This document shows positions 60,091-64,000 of a stretch of DNA of 64,000 nucleotides, one piece after another. Source of the stretch: Lama glama (Eukaryota); assembly GCA_028534125.1 (NCBI GenBank), contig CM052817.1, positions 80,478,001 through 80,542,000 on the forward strand, written 5' to 3'. Below the pieces are notes generated by a model. It did not search any database. It saw only the letters and a program-made list of their open reading frames with translations, and was not told the origin of the DNA. The position numbers were made by a program, and so were the translations under genes. How positions within the stretch are numbered: position 1 is the stretch's first letter; every line of letters begins with the position of its first letter.

Positions 60091-62914
60091 TAACGTTTTT
60101 GGAATAATTCCTCCAGGTCCCCCTACTAAGGAGGACAGCATTTGAACAGATGAATAAGGGCTAGTGTGTCTGTTTAAAAGTCTCATTATTTAGTTTTTAC
60201 CTTTCCTCCCAAAGGTATCTGTCTTTGACCAGGGTAATAAGAGGTGTCACCCTAGGGTAGGAGTTATGACTGAGGGATATCGCAAAGCTCTGCTTAACCC
60301 ATACCTCCCCCGTTTCCTTCCTTACCTGTCCTGGTGCTTCATTCCCTACTCTTTGGCTTATAAGTCCAGCCCAGGTTTAATGACAGGATTCCTCATGGGA
60401 CACCAGAAGCTGAGGCATCATCCCTAGAAGGTCACATTTAGAAAACTAAGCCACCACTGGGAGGCTGATCAGACTTAGTTGTCATTATTTAGGTTACTTT
60501 GGAGGACAGGAGGTGACAAAAATCTGAGGTGGTTTGTGCTAATAGACTTTGTGCCCAAATGGCTATTATTAAAAAATACACTGCTCTTTTGCAGGCATCT
60601 AGGATCTCCTGGTCCACAGCTATAAAGGCAGACCTAAAGAGCTAATGGTCAGGAAAATCAGGTCTGCTTTAAGCCTGTGCTTAACTAGGACTTGTAGTGT
60701 TAAGGCAACTAGTGCTGAGATCGTAGAATTCTATTGTAACCTATTGTCTGGAGATAAGAAAACACCGTGTTACTGGGTTCCAGCGTCACAATGAGAGAGC
60801 TCACTTTACACCATCATGTACTCAGGGGATGTGATTTAATCTGCAGTATTATTGAATCTCTGGAAAAGTCAGTTGTGGATCTCCTGTGGATTTTTACAGT
60901 GTGTATTCCAAATAAAAGCAACAAAAATGAGTACGAATCTTTTGTATATGGTCAAAGACGAGTTAGTCAAGTGTCAGCGCTGTATAATCACATTCTTCTC
61001 AACACGTGTGTGGCTTCTGAACGCTGGCAAAGCAGCATTGCAGTGGGGCTGGAGGGGGGTTGCTGGCGTTTTGGAATGAGTGAACGGCACCCACATAGCA
61101 TAGATGGCAATGAAAATTTTCAGCTCAGAGATTCAGACGGGCTCTCTGCTGAAAAGGGATGAGGCTAATCCACTGACAGCTAATCAGAAGGTTTTTGTGA
61201 AACAGAGTAAGTCCTCCTTGCTTTTGATAGTATCGGCTTCCCCTTGCTCAGACCTAGTTATGGCTGTAGCAAACCACGGGGAATTAGAATCGGAGACCTT
61301 AGGAGGCTGAGGGGCCAAGCCCGAGCAAGTCCAGGCTGTCCTGCCAAAGTCCACATGCAGGGAGATACAGTTCCTCTATTTGCTACTTTCCGGAGGGCTG
61401 GACCTGTTTTCTGTATTAGTGGAAATTAAAGCTGTAAGACATGGCAGTGTAAAATAAAACTCCAGGAGGGAGGGTCAGCTTCAGAAAATACCCTTTTTCT
61501 AATTTAACCTTCTATTGCTTGAGCAATAAGGCTATAACCCCAGTGAAGCTAACAGTACATCTGGAATGAAATCCTTTCATGAAACTTGGAGAAGAGAATA
61601 TCCCATTTTATAACGTTGAATGTGTCTTTGCCACATGAGTAAGACTGACGTGGCCTTGCTAGTAAGGAACAACATTGCTGTTAGTTTTTAAATTATTGGC
61701 ATACGGTAACTTTATGTGGACTTGCTGGCATAGACAGGGAAATAGCTGATTCTGAACAGGCCACGGCTTTAGCATCAAATCACTGACATACTGTAAAATG
61801 ATCAGTTCACTGGTAGAAGCAGAATATTAGGCCCGCTTCTCTCCCCATCTCCAGCATAGCTTATTGTTCACCTCTTAACTGTATTTGTCTTAAGGCATCA
61901 GGGAATCTATCATGGTAGAGATCTTTATGGGGAAAGTCACATTCCCAGAAAACAAAATCATGTGTCTATATGCGTGTGCATATAATTCACGGAGAAAGAG
62001 AAAAATAAGGCTGAAGCCTGTTTGCTAAGAGCGGATTATGCTAAGTTTATGATCTTAATTTCTGCACCTGTGTCATCAACAGCTTTGCCTGATTCAGCTT
62101 ATGAGAACATTCATTATAGAAAGTAAAGAAGTCTAGCCTGTGGCTGCTCAGCTAATGAATAATGAAAACAGGATGATTTCAACCTGACAAAAGAAGAATG
62201 TATATAACAAGTATGCTAGACTATATAAAACATCTGAAGTCCTCACCCTAGTCGGTACCTAAAACATTGCCCTGTTATTTAGTCTTGTATTGTAGGACAT
62301 GAAGTCTTAGAATGAATGTGCTAGTACATTCAATAGAGTAAAATTTTGTAAGTTTAAACTAAGAAAGAATAACTTGGTATGAATAGTAAAACCTATTAAA
62401 ATTAAAAAAAAATTAAAGAAAAATAGATAAAACCGACTGTAAAAAATGTTTAATTATTCTTAAACAGACATGAGCCCAAACACATTGGACTTAACTTGGG
62501 GGCTTTTTTAACTTGACAGTCCTCCACCCTTCCGCACCTGGCTTAGAATCACTGCCAGGTGAGCCCATTACTGACTGATGAGAGTGTGTCATACCTGCAC
62601 TTGGGAGGGGCAGGAAACAAGAGTGGAAACTACTGACCCAGACTGGAAGGTCTTAAACATCTTCCAGACGACCTTATTTGTACCATTCAGTTTCTTTCTA
62701 TGTGGTACAAAAGAAAATTTCCGCTGGCTGCTGAACTAAAATGATTATAAATGATTGGAATTTTAGATAATAGAGGTTTAGGTAAAATTTTCATTTAATT
62801 TTTGTTTGTTTGTTTGTTTTAGAATCATACCTAGATAAGATACAATGTAGAGACGTGGAATAAAAGAAAATACATTTCACTCACTGTCATTTTGGGTGTG
62901 CATCTGTGGCACCT

Positions 62915-63015
62915 AGTCTGAGATTAAGTGTTTGTCCAGGACTGAGGGGATTGTCCTGGACATGGGACTTTCAGTGCTAAAACTGGGAAAGTTCTGGGCA
63001 AAGTGGGATAAACTT
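62915..63015. mobile_element. MER81-like hAT-Blackjack MITE
   Basis: 'tttgtccaggactgaggggg...tgggactttcagtgctaaaactgggaaagttctgggcaaa'. Confidence 0.8.
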
Positions 63016-63039
63016 TTTGCCTAAATGTATTCTCCCAAG

Positions 63040-63160
63040 TGAGACTTAACACAAGAACTGCTTGTCTTAGCCCAGTCATCTCAGGCAATCAGTGGAAAAG
63101 AAATAGAGAACAAGCTAGTTGTTTGAAGCTATTAAGTTTTGGGGTGGTTTGATTCTATCA
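63040..63160 (+). mobile_element. MLT1-like LTR 3' fragment
   Basis: 'gaactgc...agcccagtca...ttgtttgaagctattaagttttggggtggtttg'. Confidence 0.6.
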
Positions 63161-63222
63161 TCTATGTATTTGTCTGTCTACCCACCTGTCTGTCTGTCTG
63201 GCTATCTATCTGTCTATCTAGC
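63155..63222. repeat. Degenerate (TCTG/TCTA)n
   Basis: 'tgtctgtctacccacctgtctgtctgtctggctatctatctgtctatcta'. Confidence 0.8.
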
Positions 63223-63289
63223 TAAAATTGTACTCAGAGCTTTGTAACAGGATTTTAAAAATAACAGTATGTTATGGATGTATTTTCAG

Positions 63290-63620
63290 GTTTTAAAATT
63301 GCCCTTTACAACATCAGTTTTAATGGCTGCATGGAATTCCACTGAATGAGGAACCACAATCTATTTAACAGCTCTCGTATCATTGGACCTTTATGTTGCT
63401 TCCCATTTTTTGCTCTTGCAAACAATGCTTACCCAAATATCCTTACAGCTAAATCTTTGCATGCAAACTCCACAATCTTTTTTAAGATTCTTAGAAGTGG
63501 AATTGCTTAAAAGTGGAATTACTGTTTTGAAGGTTTTTGATGAATATCGCCAAATTGCTCTTCTTAAACGTTGTGCTAATATTCAGACCCACTGACTGTG
63601 TGTGAGAATGCTCATTTGCA
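63290..63620 (-). mobile_element. Old L1 (L1ME-like) fragment, antisense
   Basis: 'tttaatggctgcatggaattccactgaatg...accacaatctatttaac', 'ttcttagaagtggaattgct', 'gccaaattgctcttc'. Confidence 0.8.
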
Positions 63621-63814
63621 GACAGCGGGTTTGCAACAAGACAAGCTCCCAAACTCCATCAACTTGACAAGTTAACGAGACCCTCTTATATTCTACGGTT
63701 AGTCTCAGGCGCACCACGGTGAGATCCCTCTGGTCAATTTAAAACTGTGCCATGAGAATGTGTTCTGTGCAGCAGCTCCTGATGTTTACATAAATCATTA
63801 CTTAAGCCCTCAAC

Positions 63815-63935
63815 ATCATCAAATATTTATTTAACATCCGCCGTGGGTTAAGAATTGCAGCTGTGAGCCGATGCAGCTTAGAGTGCAAGGGAGGGCACAG
63901 AGGCGTAGTTCATTACCTTTGCCTTGGGAGTATTT
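63815..63935 (-). mobile_element. L2 3' end, antisense
   Basis: 'catcaaatatttatttaacatcc...gtagttcattacctttgccttgggag'. Confidence 0.5.
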
Positions 63936-64000
63936 TCTTTTTCCTTCCTCTTCATAGCTTTATAGAATCAAATTATGGGAAAACCATCCTGCAATTTAGA

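Noticed and set aside
1..64000. Naming the host gene
   Set aside because: No coding exon is present, and promoter architecture alone is not enough to assign a symbol; an alignment is needed.
1..64000. CRISPR array, prokaryotic/viral operon, rRNA, snRNA, snoRNA or known miRNA
   Set aside because: No repeat-spacer array, no gene-dense segment, and no sequence I recognise as these RNAs; composition is typical mammalian intronic DNA.

Overview
Mammalian, almost certainly camelid (alpaca/llama/camel), non-coding genomic DNA. The taxon call rests on four Vic-1-type tRNA-derived SINEs and young cetartiodactyl-type L1 3' ends. I see no protein-coding exon: the listed ORFs are chance ORFs or decayed retroelement sequence (L1 ORF2, ERV-L pol). 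A large part of the window is interspersed repeats: L1, L2, MIR, CR1/L3, MaLR/ERV-L/ERV1 LTRs, Tigger2 and hAT MITEs. The unique DNA looks regulatory. It includes a TATA/GC-box promoter-like element at ~2.1-2.55 kb, a candidate non-coding exon at 3297-3464, a possible second start/exon near 15.0-15.2 kb, and CpG-rich islands at ~28.9-29.4 kb and ~49.8-50.6 kb. Most L1/LTR copies lie on the minus strand, which fits the 5' end and long first intron(s) of a plus-strand gene that I cannot name. The most unusual item is a TSD-flanked chimeric retroposon made of a pre-tRNA-Asp(GTC) head fused to a Vic-1 SINE (14192-14413). I found no convincing novel multi-gene system. Repeat family names come from recalled consensus resemblance, not a database search, and boundaries of old repeats are approximate.
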